Source: Oopsacas minuta
Taxonomy: Eukaryota; Animalia; Porifera
Direction: 5' to 3'
DNA: 64,000 nucleotides
Assembly (NCBI GenBank): GCA_024704765.1
Contig: JAKMXF010000326.1
Span: 270,697-334,696 of the forward strand
The notes below the pieces were generated by a model. The model searched no databases and was not told the origin of the DNA. It saw only the letters and a program-made list of their open reading frames with translations. Shown piece by piece: positions 25,687 through 38,835 of the stretch. Position 1 is the first letter of the stretch; each line of letters opens with the position of its first letter. The position numbers and the translations under genes were made by a program.

Positions 25687-26600
25687 CAGTCAGGGGACAA
25701 AAGTATTCGAACACACAAATATATTGTCATAAATTGTATACTCTTTCCCGCTCCTATATATTGTGTAGTATATATTCGTAGCTGCTATCTAGTAATTTGC
25801 ATAGAATAACATATGTTTTTCACGAATTTCAAAAAAATTTCCGATTTACAGTCTTTGAAGGTGTTAATTATTAATAATTATCAGATAATTATTGATATTC
25901 AAAATATGTGATAATTCAAAGCTTATTAAGAATCTATAATTTCTGACTTGATATTTGAATTCTACATAGGCGAGTTACCCCAGATTGAAATCTCCAATCG
26001 GATTGACAATTTTTACTAAAGTTATAGAAGAATTTGAATTTGCCCCACTTGTGCCACTTTTTGAAAAAAGTGGCACAGGTGGCAGGAAAAAGCGCCACTA
26101 TTAAGAAATCAACTAGGGTTAGGAGGAATAAGTCGAAGTAATATTTTCGAATGATATGACTATGCTAACCCTTGAATTCCAAAATAACCTCTTGGTAGCG
26201 GCCACTTGTGCCACCTTGGGCAAAAGGTGGCACAAATGGCACAAATTGAAATTCATCTATAACTCTGGTAAAAATTGTTCAATCCGATTGGAAATTTCAA
26301 TCTGGGGTAACTCGCCTATGTAGAATTCAAATATCAAGCCAGAAATTATAGATTCTTAATAGGCTTTAAATTACCACATATTTTGATTATCAATAATTAT
26401 CTAATAATTATTAATAATTAACACCTTCAAAAAGTGTAAATCGAAAATATTTTTTTGAAATTCGTGAATAACATATGTTATTCTATGCAAATTACTAGAT
26501 AGCAGCTACGAATATATACTACACAATATATAGGAGCGGGAAAGAGTATACAATTTATGACAATATATTTGTATGTTCGAATACTTTTGTCCCCTGACTG
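25687..26600. mobile_element. 914-bp fold-back element with Tc1-like termini and about 400-bp inverted arms
   Basis: CAGTCAGGGGACAAAAGTATTCGAAC at 25687 and its exact reverse complement ending at 26600. Arms stay alignable to about 26090 and 26200. TA on the left, CA on the right (mutated TSD). Confidence 0.9.
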
Positions 26601-27727
26601 CATATCCTCTATAATTTTAAGATTGGTTACTATACTAGAGCAAAATAGGAATCAACAGTGAAAAAATTAATTCTTCATAAGGCAGAGCGTCGATTGGAAG
26701 TGAACCTTGAAAAGGGGTCATTAATGTACTGACTACCTCTAACAATCAGACTCAGGCTTCCAATATGATAGATGAAGATGCAATACAGGGTGGCATTTAA
26801 GTCCTGACCCATTATATATTTTATTGTTTACATTGCTAGGCTAGTTTTAGATAGATTTACTAATCGATATTTCAAAACATATATTGGAACTAATTATATT
26901 TGATTGAATTATTCAATGTAGCCACCTTTCTTTGTAATTACTGCTCGTAGACGCCCTGGCACTGCCTCTACTGCGGCGCGCAGTGTTTCTTCTGGAATTC
27001 TAGCCCATTTACGAAGTAGATCCTTCTTTAAAAGACGCAATATTAGCATGAGCTTTGTGCATGCATTTTCTCCAATATCGCCCATATAGAGAAATCCATG
27101 GGATTTAGATCCGGACTAGACGGTGGCCATTCTTCTTTACTGATAAAATCGGGAATATTTTCTGAAAAGCCAGGTCTGAGTGATACGAGCTGCATGGGCT
27201 GGAGCCCCATCTTGTTGAAACAAGAATCGATTCTTGTTAAACATGTTAGCACCCAGGTCTTTCACTACAGGTTCTAAAATACGATCCTTGTATTTGGTAG
27301 AGTTGATTTTACACCCTGGGGGACAAATATCAGTGGTGTCCGTCCAAAACCGGAGCACAATCTTATGAACTGATGTAGGCGATATTTTGAGTTTAGATGA
27401 CATTTTTCTCATTGATCGGCGTGGATTTCGCCGAATTCTGTGTCTGATTATTATCTTTATCCTGGTTGTGGTTATAGCAATTGGACGTCCACTTCTACTT
27501 TTGTCTTTGACACTACCAGTCTCAAGATAACGCTGGATAATACTATAGACAAATTTCCTCCGCTCTTTCGGAATATTCAATGATCTCATAATGTCACATT
27601 GGCGCTTCCCATTAACAAATGATTCAATTATAGCAGACCGTTTTCTTTCCATCTGTGCAGTGAAGGGATCGTGTAGAAATATCACTCAATTCTAAGTAAT
27701 AATTATGCTAGATTACATACATACATA

Positions 27728-29039
27728 CAGGGTTGGGCATAAGTTCTGCCACATTTTTAAATAACTATATTTTCCGATTGATATATTGTATTATGTTGAA
27801 ATTCGGTATGTACTACTAAATATAGTATATAGATTCGCAGATACGTTAATTATTCGATGTATCCTCCTTTTCTTTCAATTACAGCCTTTAGTCTCTTAGG
27901 GAAGGCCTCTACAGCGGCACGGAGTATTTCTTGGGGTATTCTCTCCCATTCTCGACACAAAGACTTTTTCAGAGAGTCTATATTGGTGTGAGACTTCAAA
28001 CATGCCCTCGTTTCCAAAATGGACCAGATAGAATAATCCATTGGATTTAAATCGGGGCTGTATGGTGGCCATTCTTCCTTTTGAATAAAATCTGGATTAT
28101 TGCTTCGAAGCCAGGCCTGAGTGGCATTCGATGTGTGGGCTGGAGCACCATCTTGTTGGAACACGAAAGGTTTCCCAGAAAACATAGTTTTAGAGAGATC
28201 TTGTATTACAGGTTCTAAAATAAGCTCACGGTAGGTTCGGGTGTCGATTTTTACGCCAGCAGGCACGAATATGAGTGGTGTCCGGCCAATTGATGATATT
28301 CCCGCCCAAACCATGACTGAAAGTGGCTTTTGTATACGGCTGACATATCGAAGTTCTTCTGGGATAGAAGAAATTGAAGATGAGATAATGCGATCATTTT
28401 GAGGGTTCGTTGCTTCCTCAATGGTGAATAATTTCTCATCTGAGAACAGGAATGAATTGAGACCATGGATCGCGTGCCTCTTAAGAAGTCCCTTGCTTCT
28501 CGATGCTCTTTTTGCCTTCACTAGGGTCGTGATGTGATGGACTCTCTTTCTCTTGAAAGAGCGCATATGCAAGTCATTTTTAACAACTCGTCCGATTGAT
28601 CTACGTGAAACTCTTAGTTCTTTGGCCATTTTGCTCATTGACCGGCGGGGATTTCGGCGAATTCGTTGACGTACTACTTTTTTAAGCCTTTGTGTCGTTA
28701 CAGACCGTGGACGGCCAGATCTTGGTTTATCAGTAATCCCGCCAGTCACTTCATATCGCTCAATAGTTCGAGTAATGAACTTCCTTCTGCTATTAGGGAA
28801 TTTCAGAAGATTGAAGATTTCTGAAGGATTTTTTCCTGCTTGAAATAATTCAATGATTTTCGACCTCTCTTGCTCCATGACCAATTATCGCTTCAAAAGG
28901 CTAAGATAATATAAAATTTCAGGGAAAGAGTGAAAATATATATTATAACAAAGTTTGAGCTAAATGACAGATACAAATAACTAATGGAATAATTTTTGGC
29001 TGGATTATAATATTGTGGCAGAACTTATGCCCAACCCTG
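27728..29039 (-). mobile_element. maT (DD37D) element D, intact, 1312 bp
   Basis: Perfect 26-bp TIR CAGGGTTGGGCATAAGTTCTGCCACA, TA duplication, uninterrupted ORF. Confidence 0.97.
27850..28878 (-). CDS. DD37D (maT) transposase, intact 342 aa from ATG (MEQERSK)
   Basis: HTH region with RSGRPRS; catalytic motifs FSDEK, QQDGAPAH and SPDLNPMDY. I count 37 residues between the second and third Asp. Confidence 0.95.
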   Translation of the reverse strand: MEQERSKIIELFQAGKNPSEIFNLLKFPNSRRKFITRTIERYEVTGGITDKPRSGRPRSVTTQRLKKVVRQRIRRNPRRSMSKMAKELRVSRRSIGRVVKNDLHMRSFKRKRVHHITTLVKAKRASRSKGLLKRHAIHGLNSFLFSDEKLFTIEEATNPQNDRIISSSISSIPEELRYVSRIQKPLSVMVWAGISSIGRTPLIFVPAGVKIDTRTYRELILEPVIQDLSKTMFSGKPFVFQQDGAPAHTSNATQAWLRSNNPDFIQKEEWPPYSPDLNPMDYSIWSILETRACLKSHTNIDSLKKSLCREWERIPQEILRAAVEAFPKRLKAVIERKGGYIE

Positions 29040-29305
29040 TATACAACATATATAAATATCATAACCTAAGAAAACTTATTATGCTTGTTGTAAAACTGCA
29101 AATATAGGGGTCAGGACTTAAAAGCCACCCTGTATAGTGTACGTTTTGGCCAATTGCTTAAAGCTATCATGGAGAAATGTTGATCACATTTTGAGGAAGC
29201 ATATTGATATGAGAAAAGAGTAACCAATTTGGGCGAATTAATCTCGGGAAAAATACGGAAAATGCAAGAAATACATAACTTTCTTAGTATGAATGTAGAA
29301 CTTAC

Positions 29306-29459
29306 CAACAAAGTGTCGTAGAGAAGGGGATTAACATTTGGTATTAAGAAAGAATCTTCACGTGAAACATTTTTGATATTACCAGTACCAAGTTCACTGC
29401 TGATTGATTTGACAATTTCTTCAAGAGAATTATTACTCATATCCACTGCAAGTAAATAC
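29306..29459 (-). CDS. AK7: Adenylate kinase 7, coding exon 2 (154 nt)
   Basis: Acceptor tactatag|G completes the phase-2 Arg codon from exon 1. Encodes YLLAVDMSNNSLEEIVKSISSELGTGNIKNVSREDSFL...YDTLL, colinear with vertebrate AK7 as I recall it ([36 protein letters not shown]). Donor TTG|gtaagt. Confidence 0.92.
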
Positions 29460-29599
29460 CTATAGTAAATATCATACGTAATATCCAAAATCAACGCACC
29501 ACAATATTATCACAGAAAGAATACAGGTAAATATAATTAGCAAGGAATTTTTAGATACAATGACTTCAACTTCGTGTCACTGTGAAATTAGAGTAGGCT

Positions 29600-31240
29600 G
29601 AAGATAATGCAATATACCCCGTATTCCGCAAATGTTAGGCGCTGATAATGTATTATTGTCGTATAGGAAGTCATCTTTTGTAAGTGCAACGGTCATATTA
29701 GTTTACCAAATAGTGTGGAATTTAAGTTATGCGATATTCATACTTTCCATATATGGTCATATTGTCAAAAGAAACATATCAGTTAGCTATAGATACATGA
29801 AATATATTATTAGCGTATGGGAATTCACATTAAAGGACTCCGTAGATAAGATGGATTCACCAAAATTATTTGTGAATTTATGTTAAAAACTTTCACAGTT
29901 TTCCAAATATGATAATTTCTTGATTATATGAACATCAGTAGCTTTAGAGATATGAAATGCGTTAACTTAACTTCGAGCGAATGAATATCCTAAAGAATTG
30001 TTGAAATACAGGACATCAGTCCAGAAAAGCAAATGTTTTTTCAAAATATGGCAATTTAATTGCTTACTAAGCAATAATTGAGCGAAGTTATCATTCTAAA
30101 TTGATCTATCTTAAAAGCCATGCAGTGCGATAAATATTGTTCTTTGATCAAGATGTTGAAATATTTAATAATCTAAAACTGTTTATGCACATAATAGGAA
30201 AATTTAATGATAAAGTGGGTACGTTTCAGAGTTAAAGTAGAGATCATGGATAACACAAGTTTTCTCAATATCCACCTAACTCGATAATTGTTACAATTAT
30301 TGTCAAATCTGGATAGCCTATATGTAGTATACCCTAACTTACCCCATCCTTATAATACAGTCTGCTATGATATCTGGCACCAGAGTATCATATTCATGGA
30401 TATGCCAATATATGGTCATATAAGATTGGACAATAATCTTTAGTGATATTATATCAAAATGTTTTACAAGGATTCTGTAAGTTGGGTGCTATATATTGTG
30501 TATCCAGAAGTGACAAAAAGTGCAGGGATTGTTGAGTGAAAAGTGGATATGAAAGATACATGTGTGATCCATGGTCTCTACGATAACTAGAGACCATGGA
30601 TGACAACGTGCCAAATTTATCATTAAAATATATTTACTATTTTATGCATAAACGGTGGAGATCATTTACTAACACAGCATTTTAGATTCATGACAAATAT
30701 TTATCACTCTAAATGGTATGTAAGAGAGATCAATTTAGAATGGTATATTTCGCTAAATTTTAGATTATTAAGCTATTCAATTGGCACTTTTCGAAAGATT
30801 GGCTTTTACCGGACTGATGGCATGTATTTCTAAAATCATCCAGGATATTCGTTCGACTCGAATTTAAATTTACAGCATTTCATAGTTCTAAAGCTAACTG
30901 ATGTTGATATAATATAGATACTACAATATATGGAGGGTGTGAAAACAGATAACTTAAAATTCCACAAATAATTGAGGTGAATCGATGTTATCGACGGAGT
31001 CCTGTAATATCATTTCCCATAGACTAATAATAAAATCATGCGCATATAGCTAACTGATTTTGGACATATGACAATACTATACCACCTAAACAAAGGTGTG
31101 AATATCGCATAACTTAAATTCCACAATATTTCCGCAAAACCAATATAATTGTTGGACTCACACAAGATTGACTTCCTATCCGACGAAGACAATCAATCGA
31201 TTATTTCATTGATAGATAATTATTCTTTCATAAACATCAT
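29600..31240. repeat. Old long fold-back: about 620-bp diverged inverted arms around a loop of about 370 bp
   Basis: 29650-30230 aligns by eye with the reverse complement of 30600-31200 (e.g. GTGGAATTTAAGTTATGCGATATTCA, AAGGACTCCGT, CATTCTAAATTGATCT). Each arm contains an internal direct repeat of about 160 bp. Ends are approximate. Confidence 0.8.
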
Positions 31241-33634
31241 GCCGAACCAGAGAATTCGAATTAGATATAGGGAGTTTCAGTATAATAGCAAATCTCGGAA
31301 TTTCCATCAAAACAGCATATGCCGTAGCAAGGCAGAAACAAATTGGTCAGGATATTCAATATGTGCGGAAAGATACACGTTATTTAATGCAAAAGGATAA
31401 GCGATACAAATATGCATAGTGTCAATTCTAACCAAAACAGTGTAGTTAGCATATTAGCAACTCGCATTTTGAACGGATTTCAGTTGCTAATATGTAAATT
31501 GAAATAGGAACAGAAACAATACAAGATCTACACATGGGACATGCAAATATGTTGCATTATGGGAATATTGCTATTAGCGATTCGCAAATAAGGTGAATCC
31601 ATTGTAATCATAGTAAATATAGAAAAATACCGATGCAAAATTATATATAAAATACAAATGTGTAATATCGACGAAAATGCAAGTGATACGAAACGTGGAA
31701 GCAATATTTTATTGAAAATATTATACTTAGGAGACATCACAGTGAGTAGAGAATTTTGGACAAGGTATGAGGTTGGGGATACAACAGGAATATAGATAGT
31801 AGAATATTGCAGAAAAAGACAATTTTCGCAAGAACCAAATCAATGTATCATTCATTTATGATAAACAATTCAGGGTTGTGACAAAAATCTTTCTAGAATG
31901 GATCTATTTGAAAAATATGCATTCTTTGACACATTTTGGAAAGTAATGATGAAAAAATAATCCCACAATCGGCTTGCATTTATCAAAGTGATCACTCAGG
32001 ATATTGGACAAATTGAGAAGTAGTTGTGATGAAAATACAACAATCAATCATGTGTATACGCCCGCTCCCGCAGGGCTTTAAACAAGTCATGGGAATTACT
32101 TGCAATGACTAGAGACTCTTGAGTCACAGAGTCAAGAATCTCAAGTCATCGATTCTGACTCGAGAGTCACATACAGTGGTGTAAATTGGCAGTTAGTAAA
32201 CAATAGGCATCTCTGTAGTAGAAACGCTCATGGAACCACCATTATATAGGTTTGGATAGTGTAAAAGGGAATTGGAACCTCAGAACAAATTTTCAGATCC
32301 CATAAGATGCAGTTATGATTTCAGTTACAGTCGCACAAATATATTCCTTGTATGGGGATAAATATTTCTTTGGAACTCATGATTTAGGAAATATTATGAA
32401 TTCAAAGTTGAATTTTGTGAAAGAATCGTGAATTCATATTATTATCGAACCAAATTTCCACTATGGAATGGAAAAAGACGTTGGACAGTTGTGATAACAT
32501 CATTCACAAATATTCAACCCCAAAATAAACAAAATCCTACATTTGAATGTTGTAATACATAAATAACTTCCCGAAATTAGACGCAGGTTTTATGATTTGA
32601 TATAAGCCCACGTCAAATAAATTACTTGTTTCTCATCCATTTTCTTTGTGAAACAGGGGCGGGGGGCGGTATATTATTTTATTTTTTGCTTAGCGTAATT
32701 TTACTAATTTATTTAAACTATCTCGTGAATACGAATTTCTGATAAGACGAACAATATTCGTACAAAATCAGGTCTCTACAACCGTACTTCAATGGATACT
32801 ACTCCGGTTAATGGACTCCGGAAAGGCGACTAAATTTAACCGTAGGGTCTGTCGGTGTTCGTATTAAGCTTACACTGTATATGGGAAAACTAATATTCAC
32901 TTCCTCTCTATAATCTGAATTATTGTACAAATTAAATAATAAAGATAAAAAATAGTAATAACAAAAATTTAGTGCACACCCCAGGGCTGATTTTTGCCAT
33001 ACAGGGAGGGGTATTTGGGCCTGACTCGGACAGGTTTGAGTCTTAGACGAAATTATGATGCAATTGCCACCTTTTTGGATTTTCGAAAAATCACATGATT
33101 AGCCACACTGTTCAGCGACCTAGCGAGCGAATCGCGCTAGTAACCGAATAATTTAGTAGTTAACTCGTCGAAAGATAATACTTTAACAACAAATTGTCTC
33201 TAATCTGTGTCTTAATCGTAGGCTCCAGGAGGGGGAGAGGGGATATATCCACCCCAACAAGAGTAATTTAAATTATATGAAATCATAGTGGAATTGGAAA
33301 TTCATGCCAATTCACTGAATCATTAGCTCAAATTCCAAACCGTAACTTTCGACTTGCTTCACGAGCATCTTACTCTAAAGATCATGTTGTATTTCCATAA
33401 TTTCAGGTATATACATACTATTCCAAGGATGGAAGTGCATTGAATTGAAACGGTGGGTCTGTACAAGCATTATGAGCAAGAAAACACTTGATAAGATGAT
33501 GAAAGTTTTGTCCAAGTTGAAAAATTATCGGCTGCTATATTATTTGAAACTTGTGCCCGTGCAAATGTATACAAGTAATACAAGTTATACAACATATCAT
33601 AAACACAATGAGATGATGTGCTTTCATAGTCAAT

Positions 33635-34360
33635 CGATAACTTTTCCATGCAAATGTCTAGTACGCAGAAAGGGTCTAGGGTGCTTGCAAAGTAGAATTA
33701 TACATCTTGGAATTAGACTCGGATTTTAAGTCTTACCTATCTACACATTGTGTAAAAATTTCAAAGTAATCGGAGAAGATATGAATGAGCTAAGTGAGCT
33801 TGCATTTGGTCAATCTGTCATCTATAAGGCCGCTCAAATTTTCAAAATGTCCCCCAAGTCTCTCACTGTGTGTAGGGAAACCATCATGTTCTAAACGGTT
33901 ATATGTAGCTCTGATATGTTTACATGCTGTGTTAGAGCCGGAATTTCGATTTCGAACCAGCCAGCACAGAATTCGACTCACAATCTCTCTAACACCTCGA
34001 AAACCAAGGAGTATTTCTGAAATGTTGGAGTAAATGTTGAGCCGATCTCTGGGTTGGCCGGTACGAAATATAAAAGTAGTGCTCTAGTAAAGCATATAAA
34101 CATACCACTACATATGATGATGCAAGTGCTAGACTTTAGGGATATTATGAAAATTTGAGGCGCTTCGTAGAGGAAAATGTAGACGAAAATGCAAACTCAA
34201 GTGGCTCAGTCAAATCTTATGAGATTGCTTTGAAATTTCACACAAAATATAGATAGGTTAGATGTGTCAAAATCTGAGTCAAATTTGAAGATCTAGACCT
34301 TTGTGATTCAGCACCCTGACCCTCAAATTTCACTTAGATACATTTGCTGGAAATGAAGGT
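33635..34360. repeat. Degenerate long-TIR MITE/fold-back (arms about 150 bp)
   Basis: 33635-33790 matches the reverse complement of 34205-34360 (TTTCCA.GCAAATGT, AGGGTGCT, GACTC.GATTTT, CCTATCTA...TGTG..AAATTTCAAAG.AATC). Confidence 0.7.
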
Positions 34361-34631
34361 AGCTCTCGCAAACAATTGTAACTTATCTAGTATCTACTCT
34401 TACTAGTTCGAATGATGAGCACGAATTTAGTCTAACTTGAATATCTGATTGAGCACTCTTGACCATGAAATAATTTCGAGATTAAGTTACCTGAAAGTAG
34501 AATGGCAACGAATTATGTGACAAATATGGCTTATCGTTCAGGGGTTTACAGGCCCTCAGACCCCCAACTGGACAATTATCCCCATCACAATCAATTCCTG
34601 GATCCACCACTAGCTGTAAAATGCTACATTA

Positions 34632-35410
34632 CAGGACTGTGCCTGTAATGCAATCTGACCAAGTCAAACCTGGGCAGAATTTTTCCAGACCAGGTATGGG
34701 CCAGGTCACAGCCTGGGCACTGAAAATAGTAGCTACATGTAGAATCTAGATAGTTGGTAACAATACGTACATATTCACATGTGATTAAATCGTTAAGAAT
34801 ATATGTATATTCATCTCGCTTGTTTGTTCTATTAAAAAACAATGCGCTTTTAAATTAAATATCAGGCATTTTTCAAAATTATTGTGCATTAATAATAGAA
34901 TACTATTTTATTCGGTAAATTTAATGTCAGAGAATATTCACAACTCATTGGGAACTATCACGCTTAAACTTGTCCGGGACCAGTTATATGGTGATTATAA
35001 CTTGCCCAGGCGAACCAGTTATGGCCGACTATAACTGGTCAGGCCCGCTGTAGTTGCCCAAGAATATACCACCCTTGGGGTAGTTACTGGGCTTGCCTAG
35101 TTCATACCAGAGTGCGTATATTGAAGGAAGGGTATAATCTCGGCTATTACACCGGACCAGTTGTGGTACCAATAACTGATGCACCCTATGCAGAACGTCT
35201 TGCAGGATCATTATTGGCGCCCAATAAACTATTACTTAGTTACCTACGTCTATAAATGCAATCTAAGCTTAAAAGATGAATGGACCTTGGTAAGAGACCT
35301 TCCATATAGCCAGGCTAGATATGGGCCGGAGTAGTTGTGCAGTGACAGAGCACTGATATTTACACTTATTAGATTTGACGTGGTTAGGTAAAATAGCTCG
35401 CAAGGCCCTG
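34632..35410. repeat. About 780-bp non-coding repeat, copy 1 (inverted copy at 54920-55741)
   Basis: Long shared blocks, e.g. GTCAGAGAATATTCACAACTCATTGGGAACTAT and TATAATCTCGGCTATTACACCGGACCAGTTGTGGTACCAATAACTG. Many internal ACCAGTTAT/ATAACTGGT motifs. TSD not resolved. Confidence 0.9.
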
Positions 35411-36345
35411 CAGTAAAGAAAAGGGAAGCTTCAGGTGCACTGGAGGTTACATTATGAAATCTCTAGGCTCTTGCAGGTTTTAACTGATATTTTGAACTAG
35501 GTTTTTGAGTTTTGACCTTCGATATCAATTACTGAGATTTATGTTAAATTTCATCATATTATCTCCCTATGTTCACCAGAGCTGTCAATACTGTGGACTT
35601 AGCCCCTATTCTTTTGCGAATTTAGCCTAGACCCTTATACTATATGGCTAGTGTGATTATTGATAATTGATATTTAGAATATAGAGTTCGAGTTTGTAGA
35701 GTTCATATATAAAATAAAGATGAAAAGTCGGAAAAGAACTAGCAAATAGTTGGCAGTAAACAGAAAATTGTGATTGCTCACATGCATCACTAAATAGATA
35801 CCTGCCTATCTATATAAATATATTTTTTGAAGATAAATACCTCAAGAAATATTGATACTAGATTAAATATTTCTGACCACACGCAAAAACAGACAGGGCA
35901 AGCGTGCTGAATCGATGTAATAGTTGTAAGAATAGGATTGCATTTTTCAGTGACTTTCAACTTCCTAACATCAAATTATATCAATCAAACCCATGTTATT
36001 CATTCTCAATAATTGTTTCTAAATAGCCAGGAGTTGACAGCACGCATTAACAACAATGCATAAATAGATTATGTGTGTATATAAATTTTCCTTAGATTAG
36101 CCTATGGTCTTAATGCATAATCTCGAATAGCAAGCATTATAATGACTTTTTCTGCTGTTAGTCTATACTGATACATTACTTTATATGCAAACAGAGATTT
36201 CTCCATTAAAATGACTGAAATTACAATTAAAGCATCTGGTAATTCAAAATTAAACACAATATGGAAGTAATTTTACTTGCCATCCTCCAAATATAAATGT
36301 AAGAAGTTAAAGCAAATAACAACTTTAATTTGACAATTTACATTA

Positions 36346-37647
36346 CAGGGTGACAAATAGGTTAAGTCCCATTGAAAATGTAATATAACTACACCATGAA
36401 GTAAGATATTGACTTGAAATTATGCTACAACTTAGCTAACTAATGAGAGCTTCATAATATATTCAATTGTTCGATATAGCCCCCTTTCGTTCTGATGACA
36501 TCTCTTAGACGCTTAGGGACGGACTTGACAGCGGCACGAAACTTTTCTTGTGGGACTTTTGCCCATTCTCGGGATAAAGAGGTTTGAGAGACTTGAAACT
36601 CTTGTGGAAAGTAGAGGACGCATTTGTCTCCAACATCGACCACAACGAGAACTCCATCGGGTTGAGATCTGGGCTGGAAGGAGGCTATTCCTCCTTGGGG
36701 ATGAAGTAGATTGTTTCATAACCACTGTTGGTTGATTTTCGCTGTGTGGGCTGGCGCACCGTCTTACCGGAATAAAAATGGACGATTATTGAACATGGTC
36801 TAACCTAGGCTTCTCACTACTGGGTCTAAAACGAGCTCCTGATACTTAAAAGCCTAAATTTTTACGACCTGTGGGATAAAAACCAGTGGGGTACGGCCTT
36901 TTGTGGACACCCCCGCCCAACCATCACTGACTGAAGATGCTGAACTCTTTGGACGCATCGTTACTCTTGTGGTATGGAAGATGAAGGAGAGAACAATACT
37001 CGATCGTTTTAACGATTGTATGCCTACTCGACCATGAATAATTTCTCATCCGAGAACAAAATTTCATCAAGGCCAAATGCTGCAAACCGGGCGAGTAAGG
37101 CCTTGCTCTTGGCTAGTATCTTTTCTTTATTCTGTTCCGAAAAAAGTGAACCTTACTCTTTTGTAAGGAAATAAGCCCATATCGCTCTTCACAATTGTTC
37201 GGACCGATTCTCTTGATATATTGAGTCCTATCGGCATTTTTCGCATCGAACGTTGCGGGTTTCGCTGAATCTGACTAAGGATAATCTTTCTACTCTGGAT
37301 AGTGGTCGCGGATGTTGGACGTCCACTTCTCTGCCTGCCTGAGGTACTACTAGTGTCCTTATATCTTTTAATAATACGATATGACAATTTCCTGCGCTAT
37401 TTGGGGAAACTGAGAATGTTCAATATTTCGCTCTGGCTTTCCCTTGCAAATATACATTAACAATTGCCACCCTATTCTTCTGCATTTTGCCTAGAATCTT
37501 TTAGCTTATCAGGATGTATAGATTGCCTTTGAATTCTATTAAATACAGATATTGTTACTTATCTTACACTATTACTGTTCAATCAGCTTCTTGAATAAGG
37601 AACTACACTTCATCAAACATATGGGATAGAACATATTTGTCACCCTG
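36346..37647 (-). mobile_element. maT-type element E, full length (1302 bp), defective
   Basis: TIRs CAGGGTGACAAAT and ATTTGTCACCCTG with TA flanks. Frameshifted transposase (RSGRPTS, FSDEK, DGAPAH, SPDLNPMEFS). Confidence 0.9.
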
Positions 37648-37649
37648 TA

Positions 37650-38340
37650 TAGGAGCATTTGGCTCGTCGCTTCGCAATGAACTCGGCGCATTACGCCTCG
37701 AGGTGTTCATTACCCTACTAATTGACGGCCCCTTTGAGTATTATACTATTGACAATATCATGTTCGAACTCAGGATACTCGATTAAACAAGTACAATCGT
37801 TGAAATTATAATTCTACCTCAATTTGGAAATTTGTTTGCTATATATCCATAAAAACAACAATAAATTTAAATATGTAATACTTGAAAATGCGAAATTCGG
37901 ATTCAGAGTACGTAGTTACCACATCGTAGCATTATAAAGAAAGCCAGTATGTATATTTCGAGATTGAGACATTGTTTTTACTATACATTCAAAAACAACA
38001 ATAAATTTACATATGAGAAACTTGAAAATACCAAATTCTGGTTCAGCGTACTTAGTTGCTCCTGGGTAGCCGTTTAGAGCAAGCCGGTATGTTTATTTTG
38101 AGATTTGGCAAATTTGTTTACTTTATAGTCATAAACTTCCATATGATTAATCTAAAAGTATGAAAATCGGTTTCAACATGTTCGATATATTTAGTGAAGT
38201 TAATTGATTTCTATTTCCTTGATAAACACGATAAATACATAATTATGCGACAATTTCAATATTGCATACAGTAAATCCTTTCCTTGACCACGGACAAACA
38301 AAAAACAGACAGACAACAATTGAGAATAAATAATATTCAT
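37650..38340 (+). repeat. Helitron-like (Lep1/HINE-type) non-autonomous repeat, copy 1
   Basis: Shares its 5' block (GCATTTGGC...CTCGAGGT...AATTGACGGCCCCTTT) and 3' block (ATGATTAATCTAAAAG..TGAAAATCGG...ACGGACAAAC...AGAC...AATTGAGA) with 48053-50232. Internal repeats of about 135 bp. The family assignment is inference from end motifs. Confidence 0.6.
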
Positions 38341-38799
38341 TAGTCGTCAGATACTTCTGACATGCATATATATGACAATAACGTCAAAATCTTGTCGGCG
38401 TAAATATAAATGATGTGTGTTGATAAAAATGTAAAATATAATTCCAAATAGAGAATACAATATCTACAAGAGCAGATCAGCAACGTGTTCACGAAGAGCA
38501 ATACATTTTCACTAATAAACTATATATAACTCCTGGGCATGACGAATATTTAAATATGCATACGAAATATACCACAAAAGAACTATTTGACTATGTTAGT
38601 TAACATTGTGTCTTGGCTAAATCGATAAATATTTTTCTAATTATGTAGTTATAGCCAAACTGCTCATTAAATAGATAATGAGGTAATTAAATTTTCAATT
38701 GCAGAACTCATCGAACTCAAATGAGATGGAACAATTCTGATACCATAGAATTTTACGGGTGTGTATTACACCAGTATGACGCTTGCGAATTGTTTAGAG

Positions 38800-38835
38800 C
38801 AGGGGTGCTCAAACTTTTAAACCTACGGGCCACTT
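38800..38835 (+). mobile_element. Isolated hAT (Charlie/Buster-like) terminus
   Basis: CAGGGGTGCTCAAACTTTT...CGGGCCAC, similar to the terminus at 51708. Partner end not found. Confidence 0.4.

Larger units (their letters stand above)
26786..29132 (-). mobile_element. maT-type element C, internally deleted (about 1.03 kb), host of element D
   Basis: TIRs CAGGGTGGCATTTAAGTCCTGACCC and GGGTCAGGACTTAAAAGCCACCCTG with TA flanks. Transposase remnants at 26900-27660 (MERKRSAII, QQDGAPAH, WPPSSPDLNPMDFS), with the middle region deleted. Confidence 0.9.
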
